From assembly GCF_009914755.1 (NCBI RefSeq), contig NC_060933.1: a DNA stretch of 64,000 bases; one strand, 5' to 3'. The DNA comes from the human T2T-CHM13v2.0 reference genome, Homo sapiens. Below are positions 63,176 through 64,000 of this stretch, piece by piece. The stretch's first letter is position 1. Every line of letters begins with the position of its first letter. The position numbers were made by a program, and so were the translations under genes. The notes under the pieces are model-generated. The model saw only the letters and a program-made list of their open reading frames with translations. It was not told where the DNA came from and made no database searches.

Positions 63176-64000
63176 ACTTGGCTGTTAATTTCTCTTCAAA
63201 GAGTAGTTATTTGGAATTCTCTTCTCAGTTGGAGCCAAAAAGTGGAAATGAAACAAACAAGCTTTTCTGGCAGAGAGAAAGAATCTGCTGGAAGGTCAGA
63301 CAACCACAAGACTAGAATTACACATGACTCTTCCTAGAGCAGCATGAACAGAAAATGCTCACAGGATTGGAAGTCTGAAAACCCGAGGGCTGGAAAGGAC
63401 CATTCAGATCTACAGAGTATTTTACAGCCTTCAAAACACTGAAAGTCTCTTAATTTTTCTACAGACAGCTGTGGGGAAAGTTACCACCACCCATTTCCCA
63501 GATGAGAAAACTGAGCCTTGGAAAAATAAAAGATATTTCCAAGGGTTGAAGGCATGTCTTACTTCAAATTCAGCCTTGGCTATGTGACCTGAAAAAACTC
63601 AGTCCTCAGCTCTGTTCTTAGTTTTACTATCTGTAAAATAAAGAGGTTGATTTGTAAAATAAACAGGATAAGATTTTAATAGCCCTATCTGCTCATAAAT
63701 GCTATGTCATTGTGTGCCACTGGTATGGAGTGCAAGATATGTATATCTTTCTCCTCCCAGTATTAAATTTAAGGAGTAAAATTGGCATTGTCTCTGAATG
63801 GGAAACAAATTTCAGGTCACAGGATGCCTCTTCCAACCTCAAAAGATTTGCTTTATATTCTGGGTAGAAGTTAGAGCTGACCTTATCACAGTGCCAAAGG
63901 GGACCTTGGATGAAGTTAGCCTGCTTTTCTCATCATACAGATAAAGAAATGGAGACCTAGACAGTAGAAGCATGTCCAATGTCATATAATAATCAAGGAC

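Overview
Primate (very likely human) genomic DNA that is almost entirely intronic. The only protein-coding sequence I can support is two consecutive minus-strand exons of astrotactin-2 (ASTN2): 39460-39327 (134 nt) and 37488-37340 (149 nt). They have canonical AG/GT boundaries and join in frame (…[37 protein letters not shown]|LRLSPTVEPSSTVVSLEWVDVQPAIGTKVSDYILQHKKVDEYTDTDLYTG). The rest is a typical mammalian repeat landscape: about 15 Alus, a 3.7-kb L1PA4/5 nested in an old L1M, other L1 3' ends, L2/MIR/L3 relics, MER52A, MSTA, MSTD and LTR16-like LTRs, MER2/MER58/MER53/MER5/MADE1 DNA-transposon relics, and microsatellites. There are no prokaryotic features or CRISPR arrays. The best lead is a CpG-retaining, non-repetitive cassette at ~25160-25520 on the ASTN2 strand. 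It has a branch point, a polypyrimidine tract, two in-frame acceptors and a donor, predicting a frame-preserving 15-nt (EKPSL) or 42-nt exon, or an alternative terminal exon. Other leads are two old local duplications whose second copies preserve pre-insertion states, several template-switch scars, a 46-nt TSD-flanked mini-retroinsertion and a very young AluY. Gene identity and repeat subfamilies are from recall of consensus sequences, not from searches. Percent identities are eyeballed.
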